Source: Flavobacteriales bacterium
GTDB taxonomy: Bacteria > Bacteroidota > Bacteroidia > Flavobacteriales > UBA7312
Direction of reading: 5' to 3'
Assembly: GCA_049890295.1 (NCBI GenBank)
Contig: JBMHBP010000023.1
Location: 164,531-228,530 of the forward strand
Length of the DNA: 64,000 nucleotides
Below, in pieces: positions 43,744 to 53,874 of this stretch (its first letter is position 1; each line of letters starts with the position of its first letter). The position numbers were made by a program, and so were the translations under genes. Below the pieces are notes generated by a model. That model was not told the origin of the DNA. It searched no databases and saw only the letters and a list, made by a program, of their open reading frames with translations.

Positions 43744-44245
43744 ACATTTTTTTCAATTTCTACTGTTTGTTACATTACAAATTGTAGTGTTCAATAATAT
43801 CTTCTTTATTGGTTATATAAATCCATATATATATCTAATGTTTTTAATTCTATTACCCATAAACAAATCAAAAAAAAACATGTATTTGGTCATCGGTTTT
43901 TTAACAGGATTAATTATCGATGCTTTTGAAAATTCAATGGGTCTTCACGCCTTTTCTTGTGTTTTACTCATGTATGTAAAAGAACCACTTCTTCTTTATT
44001 TTGTACCTCAACTTAAAAATAAATCCCAACAAATTATTCCTTTTTCTTTAAACGAATATGGTATACCAATCACGATTTTTTATACCTGTAGCCTAGTATT
44101 TATTCATCATTTCACTTTATTTCTGATTGAAGCGTTCCGTTTTGACCTTCTTAATATTTTACTTCGAACATTTTCCAGTGGTCTAGTCACCTCTGTACTA
44201 TTAATCATCTTCCATTTTTTTAACTCTAGAAATTCTATAAAGTGA
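43724..44245 (+). CDS. mreD: Rod-shape-determining protein MreD
   Basis: 173 aa polytopic membrane protein between mreC and the PBP2 gene, overlapping both neighbours. Confidence 0.8.
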   Translation: MGPLVIRHFFQFLLFVTLQIVVFNNIFFIGYINPYIYLMFLILLPINKSKKNMYLVIGFLTGLIIDAFENSMGLHAFSCVLLMYVKEPLLLYFVPQLKNKSQQIIPFSLNEYGIPITIFYTCSLVFIHHFTLFLIEAFRFDLLNILLRTFSSGLVTSVLLIIFHFFNSRNSIK

Positions 44246-46059
44246 AAAAATTTGAAAATAGAGCAATTATCATTGGCGGTTTTTTTTCGTTAGTAATTCT
44301 CATTTTTATCATTCGCTTATTTTCTATACAAGTTATCGACGACAGCTTTAAAATGTCTTCTGAAAATAATGTCATAAAAAAAGAAACTGACTACCCCCGA
44401 CGTGGGCTAATTTATGATAGAAATAATGAACTTATAGTGTATAATGAAGCTGCATACGATTTAATGCTTACACCCAATCAAGCCACTGAAATTGATACAG
44501 GCTTGATTTGTACATTACTATCTATTGATACAATTAGCTTTAGAAAACGCTTATTAAAAGCTCAGAACTATTCTATGTATAAATCGAGTGTATTTATGAC
44601 TCAAATTTCTGTTGAATCATACACCAAATTACAAGAAAACATGTTCTTGATGCCTGGCTTTTATGTCCAACCAAGAACACTTAGAAAATATCCATTCTCT
44701 ACTGCAAGTCACCTTTTAGGCTATGTGGGTGAGGTAAATAAAAATATCATTAATAAAAAAACCTACTACAAAGAAGGAGATTATATTGGAATTAGTGGGA
44801 TAGAAAAAGCCTATGAAGATAAATTAAGAGGTAAGAAAGGCGAAAAACTATTATTGAAAGATGTACACAATAATATCAAAGGCGGCTTCATGAATGGAAA
44901 ATACGACACTAAATCAGTTCCAGGAAAAAATCTAACATCTTCAATCGATATATTTCTTCAGAACTATGGAGAAAGACTAATGAGCAATAAAAGAGGTAGT
45001 ATAGTCGCTATTGAGCCAAGTTCAGGGGAGATACTTTGTCTTATTTCAGCACCAAATTATGACCCAAATACTTTAGTTGGAAGACAACGATCTGAGAATT
45101 ATAATTTTCTTAAAGAGGATACTTTGAATAAACCTCTATTCAACAGAGCAGCTTTGGCTCAATATCCGCCAGGCTCAACTTTTAAACTAATAAATGCTTT
45201 AATTGGTCTTCAAGAAAATGTTTTGTTCTCAACTAGTAGATATGGTTGTGACGAAGGTTTTGTTTACGGTGAGGAAAAAAGAAAGATGAAATGCCATGTG
45301 CACCGTTCTCCACTTAATTTAATCGAATCGATAGCCAACTCCTGCAATGCTTACTATTGTAATGTTTATAAGAACATCATCGAAAAATACTCTACTACTT
45401 ATGAAGGGTATGACGTTTGGAGAAATCATGTAGTAAGTTTTGGATTAGGAAATTGGCTTAATAATGACTTACCGACAGGTCAAAAAGGATTTGTACCCAA
45501 TACTAAATTTTATGATAGAATATATGGCAAAAAGAGATGGAAAGCACTAACAAACTTGTCATTATCAATTGGTCAAGATGCCCTACTGACAACACCCATA
45601 CAAATGGCTAATATGACTGCTGCCATTGCAAATAAAGGGTATTATTATACGCCTCATATCATAAAAGAAATACAAAATGATACTATTCATTCACGATTTA
45701 AAACACCTATTTATACCACTATCGATTCAAGCTTGTTTGATATAGTTATAAAAGGTATGCAAGAAGTAGTTGAAGATGTAGAACTCGGAACATCTAACGT
45801 TGCCAGAATGGATAGTATTACTGTATGCGGTAAAACAGGAACAGCTCAAAATCCTCATGGAGAAGATCACTCTATATTTATTGGTTTTGCACCGAAGGAC
45901 CAACCAAAAATTGCATTAGCAGTATATGTAGAGAATGGTGGCTGGGGCTCAACTTGGGCAGTACCAATTGGTAGTTTAATGATTGAAAAATATTTGAATG
46001 ATACGATAGTCAGAAATCGTCTAGAAAATCAAATAGTAAATGGTAAAATTGACTACTAA
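44242..46059 (+). CDS. mrdA: Penicillin-binding protein 2 (elongasome transpeptidase)
   Basis: 605 aa with an N-terminal TM anchor and a PBP dimerisation domain. Transpeptidase motifs are SxxK (GSTFK), SxN (NSCN) and KTG (GKTGTA). Confidence 0.93.
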   Translation: MKKFENRAIIIGGFFSLVILIFIIRLFSIQVIDDSFKMSSENNVIKKETDYPRRGLIYDRNNELIVYNEAAYDLMLTPNQATEIDTGLICTLLSIDTISFRKRLLKAQNYSMYKSSVFMTQISVESYTKLQENMFLMPGFYVQPRTLRKYPFSTASHLLGYVGEVNKNIINKKTYYKEGDYIGISGIEKAYEDKLRGKKGEKLLLKDVHNNIKGGFMNGKYDTKSVPGKNLTSSIDIFLQNYGERLMSNKRGSIVAIEPSSGEILCLISAPNYDPNTLVGRQRSENYNFLKEDTLNKPLFNRAALAQYPPGSTFKLINALIGLQENVLFSTSRYGCDEGFVYGEEKRKMKCHVHRSPLNLIESIANSCNAYYCNVYKNIIEKYSTTYEGYDVWRNHVVSFGLGNWLNNDLPTGQKGFVPNTKFYDRIYGKKRWKALTNLSLSIGQDALLTTPIQMANMTAAIANKGYYYTPHIIKEIQNDTIHSRFKTPIYTTIDSSLFDIVIKGMQEVVEDVELGTSNVARMDSITVCGKTGTAQNPHGEDHSIFIGFAPKDQPKIALAVYVENGGWGSTWAVPIGSLMIEKYLNDTIVRNRLENQIVNGKIDY

Positions 46060-47318
46060 TGCGATTTAAGAATCAAATATTTGATCATATTGATTGGTGG
46101 ACTATCGGAATGTATTTCGTATTGGTTATTATTGGATGGCTAAATATTTATGCATCGTTATATAATGACAATCTTGAATTATTTGACTTTAGCCAAAAGC
46201 ACGGTCGTCAGTTAATTTGGATAATAGTAGCCTTTTTAATTGCTATCCTTATTTTATTTTTCAATTGGAGATTTTTTGAGGGCTTTGCTTATTTGATTTA
46301 CTTTTTTACAATACTCTTTTTAATAGGTGTTCTTATCTTTGGAATAGAGGTCAACGGAGCAAAATCATGGTTAGATTTTGGTTTTACAAGAATCCAACCG
46401 TCCGAATTTGCAAAAGTTGGTTGCTGTATGGCTATTGCTAAATTTTTGAGTACACTTAATATTAGTTTGAATAGTTTCAAAAATAGATTTGTCACCGGGC
46501 TTATTGTCTTCATACCATTCGTTTTAATTATTTTACAAAATGATACTGGTTCTGCCTTAGTTTATTTTGCGTTCATCTTAGTTCTATACAGGTTCGGTCT
46601 CCCCTCCAATTTTTTAATTTTAGTAATTGTAACTGCCATATTATTTATTACTTCTATTATAGTTCCCAAAATCGTTTTAATAATAATGTTAATTGCGATT
46701 GCTATATTCTTTTTTGTAATTTCTAATAGAAAGCTAAGAGAGTTTTTAGTTATTTTCTCACTTTTAGCTAGTAGTGTTGGTTTTATATTCAGTGTTGACT
46801 ACGTTTTTGAGGAAATTTTAGAAGATCATCAAGTAACTAGAATTAAAATATTATTGGGACAAGAAAGTGATCCTCACGGGGCTGGCTATAATGTAAATCA
46901 GTCTATGATAGCAATAGGTTCTGGTGGATTTACTGGTAAAGGTTTTTTAAACGGTACACAAACAAAATTCAATTTTGTTCCAGAACAAAGTACCGATTTT
47001 ATATTTTGTACAATTGGTGAAGAGTGGGGCTTTATAGGTAGTTTTTTATTACTGGCACTTTACCTGGCACTTTTAATCCGACTGCTTATTTTGGCAGAAC
47101 GACAACGATCAGTGTTCAGTAAAGTATATGGCTATGGAGTGGTGAGTATTTTATTTTTTCATATAGCTATCAATATTGCTATGACCATCGGCTTAGCTCC
47201 AGTTATTGGTATCCCATTACCGTTTATAAGTTATGGTGGATCTTCATTGTGGGGTTTCACAATATTATTATTTATTTTTATTAATCTTGATTCTTATAGG
47301 CTTCAAGTATTGAGATAA
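46059..47318 (+). CDS. rodA: SEDS-family peptidoglycan polymerase RodA
   Basis: 419 aa with about 10 TM helices and FtsW/RodA motifs (RIQPSEFAK, DTGSALVY, PEQSTDFIF, GIPLPFISYGGSS). Its ATG overlaps the mrdA stop. Confidence 0.93.
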   Translation: MRFKNQIFDHIDWWTIGMYFVLVIIGWLNIYASLYNDNLELFDFSQKHGRQLIWIIVAFLIAILILFFNWRFFEGFAYLIYFFTILFLIGVLIFGIEVNGAKSWLDFGFTRIQPSEFAKVGCCMAIAKFLSTLNISLNSFKNRFVTGLIVFIPFVLIILQNDTGSALVYFAFILVLYRFGLPSNFLILVIVTAILFITSIIVPKIVLIIMLIAIAIFFFVISNRKLREFLVIFSLLASSVGFIFSVDYVFEEILEDHQVTRIKILLGQESDPHGAGYNVNQSMIAIGSGGFTGKGFLNGTQTKFNFVPEQSTDFIFCTIGEEWGFIGSFLLLALYLALLIRLLILAERQRSVFSKVYGYGVVSILFFHIAINIAMTIGLAPVIGIPLPFISYGGSSLWGFTILLFIFINLDSYRLQVLR

Positions 47319-47356
47319 AAAAACCCTCAATTAAAATTTTAACTGAGGGTTTAACT
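47317..47356. terminator. Bidirectional terminator between the convergent rodA and ppiD-like genes
   Basis: A 9-bp stem aaaccctca (47321-47329) / tgagggttt (47344-47352) with a 14-nt AT loop. An A-run lies upstream and a T-rich stretch downstream. Confidence 0.6.
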
Positions 47357-47373
47357 TTTATGGTATTTGAATA

Positions 47374-49434
47374 TTAATAGAAATTAGCTCTATTGTCTTT
47401 TATATCTACTAAATCTTGTAGTGCTTGATAGACCTGAAAAGTGGATCTAGATTGAAGTGATGACTCCAAACTATTTTTATTTGAAAGGAAATTATCCGAC
47501 ATAGCTCCTTCAATAACTTTATCCAATTGTACTACACAAACAGCCTTTGAAGTTCTAAAAGCTGAAGAAGTTTGTCCTTGCTCAAGAGCAAAAGTTGCTC
47601 CAACAAATGAAGGCTCACTTCCTAGACCAGGTACTTGATTAGTTGAAAAGTTTACTCCATCAGATTTACTGATAGTTAGTCCAAAACTAGTAGCAACCTC
47701 ATCTAATGTTTGCACATTTGCTAATTCATCTAAAAGCATTTCAGATTTTTTATTATTTAGAACTATTGGCTCAATAGTAGCTCTAACATCTTCAAGATCA
47801 GTTAGGCCCTCCTTTCTAATTGAAGTCAAAGAAGCAACAACAATTTTATTGCCAAACTCAAAGACATCAGAAATATCACCAACATTTGATTCATAAGCCC
47901 ATCTTACTAATTCTCTTGGATTTTCTAAACCAGCAATATTTGTAGTTGTTTCAAGTAATCCATCAGCTACACGCTTGGAAAGATTCTCATTAATAGCTGA
48001 CTCGTTGAATTGTTCATAGTTACTATTTTCAGCAGCAAATTTTCCAGCTTGTGCAAATACGTTCTGGTAAGTTGTATTACTATATAGTATTTGTCTATCC
48101 AGAAAAGCAACTTTATATTTTTTAGATGACTTTGATTTATTAGTCAATTGTATTAAATGAGTACCAAACTGAGAGGTTACAATGGACAACTCATTTTTTG
48201 CTGAAGTAAAACAGGCCTCATTAAACTCAGGGACCATTACACCTTCAGCAAACCAACCTAAGTCTCCGCCCTTAACAGCCGAACCTTGGTCTTCTGAAAA
48301 CTGTTCAGCTAAATTTGCAAACGATTTTCCCTGATTAATTAGAATTTTAAGACTATCAATGGTAGTTTCAGCATTGGGGCCACTTATTAATATGTGCCTT
48401 GCTTCTACGGAGTCAGGTCTAAAACTAGCGTCAACTAACTTTGCCAAACGTAATAAATTTCTTGATTGAGTATATGGACCTAATACAGTACCATTTTCAG
48501 AAGAAACTAAGCCTTGAATGTTTTCATCTAAATCAGATTCAGAAACATATAATACTCTATTGAAAACATCTGAATTTTTACGTATAAATAATTCGTCATT
48601 ATCGTTTTCAGAAAAATCTTTTTTGACATCAATCATCCAGTCGTTTGCCGCTTTTTGATCATCTACAGATGGCAATACTGAATACACAACATATTCTATT
48701 TCTCTTGATGCTTCTTGTTGATATTGTTCACTATTTTCAGTGATGAAAGATCTTAAGTCAGTATCAGTTAGGTTTACTAAACTATCTGGAATAGTTGTTA
48801 GAGGAATTTGCACGTATGATACATTGCGAATTTCACTTTGATAGTATTTATCCATTTTTGCTTCCCAGTCAGACACCGTTAAGCCGCCACTAACAAGGGC
48901 ATTGTATTTATTAGTTTGCCTTTCATCACGGATAGCTTTTTCAAAGTTTATCCACTGTTGTTTAGCCTGACCGGTTTCGTCATTATTGATATCTTCCTTT
49001 AGAAACTGTAATAACCTTGCTCTGTCAAACTCTCCGGTTTCAGGATTGGCAAATGCCTGTTGAACAGTTGGGTAAGGGTTCTCACCTTGAACCATATCAA
49101 AAATCTCAGCAGCTGACACCTCTAATCCTAGATCTGAAAACTCTTGTTTCATTATAGTTTCACGAAGCATTTGATTCCAAACGGAATTTCTTACTTGTGT
49201 GACATCAATATTGGGATTTGACCGCCTTTGATTATCAATGCTCTCTTGCACACGTTGTTCAAAATTTTGATAGTCAATTTCTTGTGAGCCGATTTCACCT
49301 ACAACCATATCAGTTGCCATTCCACCACCACCTTGCGATGACATTAAATCTGTTAAGAGAAAGGCTAACATTGCAATTCCTATTACGAAAAGTAATAAAC
49401 CTGATCGATTTCTAATATTTTCTAAACTTACCAT
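47374..49434 (-). CDS. Periplasmic chaperone / peptidyl-prolyl isomerase, PpiD/SurA-like
   Basis: 686 aa with an N-terminal membrane anchor (GLLLFVIGIAMLAFLL), a SurA_N-like region and a parvulin domain (ARHILI...GGDLGWF). Confidence 0.85.
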   Translation of the reverse strand: MVSLENIRNRSGLLLFVIGIAMLAFLLTDLMSSQGGGGMATDMVVGEIGSQEIDYQNFEQRVQESIDNQRRSNPNIDVTQVRNSVWNQMLRETIMKQEFSDLGLEVSAAEIFDMVQGENPYPTVQQAFANPETGEFDRARLLQFLKEDINNDETGQAKQQWINFEKAIRDERQTNKYNALVSGGLTVSDWEAKMDKYYQSEIRNVSYVQIPLTTIPDSLVNLTDTDLRSFITENSEQYQQEASREIEYVVYSVLPSVDDQKAANDWMIDVKKDFSENDNDELFIRKNSDVFNRVLYVSESDLDENIQGLVSSENGTVLGPYTQSRNLLRLAKLVDASFRPDSVEARHILISGPNAETTIDSLKILINQGKSFANLAEQFSEDQGSAVKGGDLGWFAEGVMVPEFNEACFTSAKNELSIVTSQFGTHLIQLTNKSKSSKKYKVAFLDRQILYSNTTYQNVFAQAGKFAAENSNYEQFNESAINENLSKRVADGLLETTTNIAGLENPRELVRWAYESNVGDISDVFEFGNKIVVASLTSIRKEGLTDLEDVRATIEPIVLNNKKSEMLLDELANVQTLDEVATSFGLTISKSDGVNFSTNQVPGLGSEPSFVGATFALEQGQTSSAFRTSKAVCVVQLDKVIEGAMSDNFLSNKNSLESSLQSRSTFQVYQALQDLVDIKDNRANFY

Positions 49435-49494
49435 GCTTCAATTTTTATCAAGATGGCGAATATACAAATGTTATATGATAAATAAAAAGTAAAA

Positions 49495-50742
49495 TCAGTG
49501 ACTTTTTATGAAGCTAATTTCATCAATTTTATTGTTGGAAACTTTCTCTATAACTATTAGAAATTTTTCGAATGATACCTCCACTCCCTTTTCAGGAATT
49601 TCTTCTAAATGATTTAAAATAAATCCCCCAATAGTTTCGTATTCATCAGATTTTGGAATATCTAAACTGAATTTATCGTTTAAGTAGTCAATTTCAAGCC
49701 TTGCCGAAAAACGAAAAGTAAATTCATCCTCTTGTTTTTCAAGCAGCTTTTCAATGTCGTGTTCATCTTCAATATCTCCAAGTATTTCTTCCACAATATC
49801 TTCAACAGTTAGCATTCCTGAGGTACCACCGAATTCATCAACAACTACAGCAATTCCTTTTCTTTTTTTTATAAAATGTTCAAGAATATCAATTGCTAAC
49901 ATACTTTCCGGCAAAAAAGGTATGGGTATTAAAATAGATTTTATATCCTTTGGCTTTTTAAATAATTCGTTTGAGTGTACGTAACCAATGATTTGATCAA
50001 TATTTTCTCTGTACACTAAAACTTTAGATAGTTTTGTTGTTATAAAAATTTGTTTTAGATCTTCTATTGAATGCGTGATATCGATAGCTACAATTTCTGT
50101 TCGTGGCAACATGCATTCTCTTGCTTTTATTGAAGAAAAGTCCAGTGCATTATGTAAAATATGAACTTCAACATCTAAGTTTTTACTTTCCTTGCCTTCG
50201 AGGTGTAATTTTAAATATTCTTCCAAGTCTAGTTTTCCAAATATTGGTGAGTCTTCTACTAATGCCATCCCAAGAAGCCTCAGACCTACTTTGGAAAGAG
50301 ATAATGTAATTAAGACAACTGGGGTCAATAGGTAGTAGAAAAATGTTAATGGAAATATGAAAATTTTCAGAAACTTATTAGGATTAAGCCTAAAGAAGGC
50401 CTTTGGTAAAAACTCTGCTGTCACCAAAATGATTAGAGTTGAAATTAGAGTTTGAAAAAGTAAGACTAAAAATGGTGTTCGGGTGTAGAACTCAATAAGA
50501 GGCTCTAAAATTATTGCCATAAATATACCGTAAGTGACAAGAGCTATATTATTACCCACTAACATTGTAGCGATAAATCTTGATGGTGAATGTAGCACCT
50601 TTTGTAGTAGAGAAGAAACCAAAGAAGATGACTGTTTATCCAGTTCAAGCTTTAGTTTATTGGAGGAAATGTAGGCAATTTCCATTCCTGAAAAGAAGGC
50701 TGATAGAATAATAGAAATGGAAATAAAAGACCAGTTCTCCAT
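49495..50742 (-). CDS. CNNM/CorC-family membrane protein (DUF21 TM domain, CBS pair and CorC_HlyC; hemolysin family in many annotations)
   Basis: 415 aa with 4 N-terminal TM helices, a CBS pair (RECMLPRTEIVAIDI...) and a C-terminal CorC_HlyC-like domain (GGFILNHLEEIPEKG). Confidence 0.85.
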   Translation of the reverse strand: MENWSFISISIILSAFFSGMEIAYISSNKLKLELDKQSSSLVSSLLQKVLHSPSRFIATMLVGNNIALVTYGIFMAIILEPLIEFYTRTPFLVLLFQTLISTLIILVTAEFLPKAFFRLNPNKFLKIFIFPLTFFYYLLTPVVLITLSLSKVGLRLLGMALVEDSPIFGKLDLEEYLKLHLEGKESKNLDVEVHILHNALDFSSIKARECMLPRTEIVAIDITHSIEDLKQIFITTKLSKVLVYRENIDQIIGYVHSNELFKKPKDIKSILIPIPFLPESMLAIDILEHFIKKRKGIAVVVDEFGGTSGMLTVEDIVEEILGDIEDEHDIEKLLEKQEDEFTFRFSARLEIDYLNDKFSLDIPKSDEYETIGGFILNHLEEIPEKGVEVSFEKFLIVIEKVSNNKIDEISFIKSH

Positions 50743-50744
50743 GA

Positions 50745-51212
50745 TTAGTTACTTAACACAATAGTCCCTTTTATTTTTTTTATAGAATATTTAGAAAAAT
50801 ATTGATTGGATTCGAACCCATGGCCTAAAATGACTTCTTTTTTTGTAGTTATTTTGACGAAATCATTAGTATATATTTTCTCATTCTCTTGGTCCCAGCT
50901 CAATGTTTCACTTTCTAAAATATTACCGTCTATATTTCTTACAATAACATTATGTTGTGCCTTCATTATATTGTTTTCTTCATCGATAATGGCGTAGTCG
51001 GATGAGAGTTCTGACTCTTTTTTTCCATGATCATCAAAGAATTGCACTTTTAGACCGTTTTTAAACTCTATATAATTGGTATCGGAACTATAGCGATTCA
51101 TTTCTTTGGCATTAAGTAAAACTCTAATATTAGCAGAGTCACTGTAAATCACTTCACAATCTATAATAGTTTCGACGGGATAGACTAAATCATTTTGTAT
51201 GGAAATCTCCAT
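50745..51212 (-). CDS. lptC: LptC-like periplasmic LPS-export protein (OstA-fold); the true start is probably upstream of the annotated ATG
   Basis: The 155-aa track ORF has the beta-jellyroll-like repetitive pattern and size of LptC. It also sits in the conserved Bacteroidota position next to the CNNM gene. An in-frame lipoprotein-like signal lies upstream of the ATG (see findings). Confidence 0.6.
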   Translation of the reverse strand: MEISIQNDLVYPVETIIDCEVIYSDSANIRVLLNAKEMNRYSSDTNYIEFKNGLKVQFFDDHGKKESELSSDYAIIDEENNIMKAQHNVIVRNIDGNILESETLSWDQENEKIYTNDFVKITTKKEVILGHGFESNQYFSKYSIKKIKGTIVLSN

Positions 51213-51312
51213 TATTTTCTCAATATCATTTGAACATGATGAAAATAGTGCAGACAGTATAAAAATATATACTAATGAAGTAATAATATGTTTTAAAGGT
51301 ATTATAAATGCT

Positions 51313-52623
51313 TTATTTAATTCTTACTGTTGTGGATTCATTTATCCAACATGAAATGGTGTAAGTGTCACCTTCTTTGAAGCCATTAAAAAATGCATCT
51401 TCATTAGAGGGTAGATATTTTGAATAGGATGCAATTTTTTTCTTGCTGATATCTATCATAGATTCATCTTTTTTTCTGGCGGCTATGAACTTATCAATTG
51501 CTGCTGAATAAAGCATGGCTGATTCAAAGGAATTGGTTCCACACTCACTGGCCGAACTAGCATAGATATCACCAATCAAAATTAAAGGCTTCCCCCAATT
51601 TGGCTTGATCTCCATTGCTTTGTAGGCGTTTGCTCTGGCAGATGAGTTAGAACCTAATTTAAAGTAAGCTCCAGAAAGACCATAATAATAATCGGCTTTC
51701 TCATTTTCATTTTCAGCCATCTCTAAAGCTTGTCTAAAGTATTTAACTGCCTGACTGGATTTATTCTTTTTCAATGAAAGCGTACCCATGTTATAGGCAG
51801 ATAAGGCCGATGGTTCTGATTCATGCAATTTAGTTGCCGACTGAAAATATACCTCAGCATCTGTACAATCTTTTTTACTCAATACTTTAACGATACGTTT
51901 TATCACGTTAATATCATCTGGACTTTCTTGAAATTTAGCTTCAAACATCTCTACCAAATCATCACATGTTGCAAAAGGCACAAATAATTTCTCAACGTTT
52001 TCAGATGCTTTAACATAAAACTTTTTACTCTTTTGAGAGGCGTTTGCTACGTTATAATCTAGATAATCAGATACCACAGCATAAACTTCAAGTACTTGTT
52101 TTTTTGTAAAGGTTTCAGCTTTAAATTTTTCTGTAGCTGCTTTGAAATAGGAAAATAATGCTGTTGCTTTTGACTTTTTACCCTTTCCCTCTACTGAATT
52201 TTTAAGGTTATTGAAGGCTTCATCTAAATTAGAGAAGGAATATTTTATCATATCTGAGCCTTTAAGTCCTAAAACGTATTCTTTCTGACCAAAATTAGCT
52301 ATCCTATTATCGTACAAACTTAACAGTGAATCTAGATAGGCTTTTTGAACAGACTTATTTCCCTTATTTTTCTTGATGTTATAATTAAAAATCTTAGCAC
52401 CGTCTATGTAAATATTTTTACTAGCTTTTGGACAATCGATATATGCTTTTCTCCATGGACTAATGGCATCCTCATAATTTTTTTGCTTAACATATTCTCT
52501 GTATAATGAAATATTGGTTACGCAGCTTATACTATCCTGTCCAAATTTACTTTCTACTATTGGTTTTGATTCTGCAAAGCAAAAAGTTATTGTTGCTAAA
52601 GTAATTAGGATTATATGTTTCAT
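51313..52623 (-). CDS. TPR-repeat protein, secreted
   Basis: 436 aa with a signal peptide and several TPR-like units (e.g. AVKYFRQALEMAENENEKADYYYGLSGAYFKLGSNSSARANAYKAMEIKP). Confidence 0.7.
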   Translation of the reverse strand: MKHIILITLATITFCFAESKPIVESKFGQDSISCVTNISLYREYVKQKNYEDAISPWRKAYIDCPKASKNIYIDGAKIFNYNIKKNKGNKSVQKAYLDSLLSLYDNRIANFGQKEYVLGLKGSDMIKYSFSNLDEAFNNLKNSVEGKGKKSKATALFSYFKAATEKFKAETFTKKQVLEVYAVVSDYLDYNVANASQKSKKFYVKASENVEKLFVPFATCDDLVEMFEAKFQESPDDINVIKRIVKVLSKKDCTDAEVYFQSATKLHESEPSALSAYNMGTLSLKKNKSSQAVKYFRQALEMAENENEKADYYYGLSGAYFKLGSNSSARANAYKAMEIKPNWGKPLILIGDIYASSASECGTNSFESAMLYSAAIDKFIAARKKDESMIDISKKKIASYSKYLPSNEDAFFNGFKEGDTYTISCWINESTTVRIK

Positions 52624-52626
52624 TGT

Positions 52627-53874
52627 TTAGTTAAATTTTCGTTTTACAAACCAAATGTCACTGAAGATAAAGCCTACTTTAAATCGTGCAAATGATTCTT
52701 TTATTAATTCATCGTTTGTTGTACCCACCTGACCTAACTCAGCTGAAATATTAAATAATGTACCAGATCTTTTTAATGGTAGACCAAGACCTAATGTTAC
52801 AGCATTTTCATTTAATTGCTGATTCTTCAGATTTAGATATGTTTTTGCCGTATACAATCCAAAACGATACCTTATCATTTTGAAGTATTTATTGATGGAT
52901 TTTTTATCGGGAACAAATTCACCTCCTAGAGAGATTTTGGAACTATTTTCAAGATTATCGTTATCTCCGAATAATAAATATTCACTCCAATTTTGAGTAT
53001 TATAATCAGCTAATATTTTCCACTTATCATTTTCTAGTGCAATTCCAAAACCAAGAGCTGTGGGTAAAGTTAGTTGGCCATCGGCTAAGGTGTTATTAAG
53101 CACAGTGTCTTCTACTACTTCAAGTTCACCATTAGATCTAAAGGTTTCAGTTAGTAAAGTTCGCTTTGCTGATATTTCTCCGCCTTCATCAAGGGTAATT
53201 CCTAAGACAGTTTGCCAGTTTTTAATTGTTGCTTTATATTGAAATCCAAAATCAAAATTTAGCCCCTTTATACTGGTGTCATCATTAGATCTTGTATTAA
53301 ATATATCAGTGTCATTAAAGACTACTTTTCTACTTGTATTCAAATTACCGAATAGATAACTAATGTTAGCCCCGACAGAAATATTTTTATTAATTGATAA
53401 TGCATTTCCAAAATAAAACTGAGTTATACCACCATTACCCTCAAAATACAAATTGGCTTGCGGATCAATATTAACATCTGTAAAAGAATACGACATATCT
53501 GAGTAAGGAAGTAATCCAATACTAGCTCCCCACGACTTATGAATTGGAAATCCAAAAATCAAATAATTGAAGTTTGTTGCATTTGCAACTTGATTTTGAC
53601 TTTCAGTTTGTAATAATTTAGTTGTATGCACACCACCAGTTTGCATGATAAATCGTTGTTTAAACACGGTGGAATATGATGCTGGGTTGGAAAAATTAAT
53701 AGCCAAAGGATCGCTACTTGCTACGCCTACACCGCCCATGGCTGATTGTGTTGCCGTTGAAAATCGTTGTAATTCTCCTATTCCAAATCTAGAGTATGGG
53801 GAGTTTGACTCATTTTGAGCATTGAGATTTAACGATAGAATTAAAACTAAAAAAATGCTATGAATTGTTTTCAT
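52627..53874 (-). CDS. Putative outer-membrane beta-barrel protein (FadL/porin-like), uncharacterised
   Basis: 415 aa with a signal peptide. The mature N-terminus is NESNSPYSRFGIGEL, the body has alternating beta-strand patterns, and the C-terminal residue is aromatic-rich (WFVKRKFN). The family name is not certain. Confidence 0.6.
   Translation of the reverse strand: MKTIHSIFLVLILSLNLNAQNESNSPYSRFGIGELQRFSTATQSAMGGVGVASSDPLAINFSNPASYSTVFKQRFIMQTGGVHTTKLLQTESQNQVANATNFNYLIFGFPIHKSWGASIGLLPYSDMSYSFTDVNIDPQANLYFEGNGGITQFYFGNALSINKNISVGANISYLFGNLNTSRKVVFNDTDIFNTRSNDDTSIKGLNFDFGFQYKATIKNWQTVLGITLDEGGEISAKRTLLTETFRSNGELEVVEDTVLNNTLADGQLTLPTALGFGIALENDKWKILADYNTQNWSEYLLFGDNDNLENSSKISLGGEFVPDKKSINKYFKMIRYRFGLYTAKTYLNLKNQQLNENAVTLGLGLPLKRSGTLFNISAELGQVGTTNDELIKESFARFKVGFIFSDIWFVKRKFN

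Noticed and set aside
49495-50742. Calling the CNNM/CBS/CorC protein GldE (a gliding motility protein)
   Set aside because: F. johnsoniae GldE belongs to this broad family but is defined by linkage to gldD, and no gldD is present here. The local synteny (lptC-like, TPR, coaX) is the generic Bacteroidota context, so only the family call is justified.
51175-51320. Apparent 1-nt frame slips when hand-translating at about 51180 (lptC-like/TPR genes) and about 61200 (giant ORF)
   Set aside because: The ORF track shows uninterrupted ORFs at 50745-51212 and 51313-52623, with lengths divisible by three. It also lists no terminated ORF starting at 59225. The slips are therefore most likely my own base-counting errors at line boundaries, not real frameshifts or pseudogenes.
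52627-53874. Assigning the 415-aa outer-membrane protein to PorV/LptO (the T9SS shuttle) or to FadL specifically
   Set aside because: Only generic beta-barrel features and an N-terminal SPYSRFGIGEL motif are visible. I cannot match PorV or FadL signatures from memory, and the gene sits in a conserved coaX-TPR-lptC housekeeping context.
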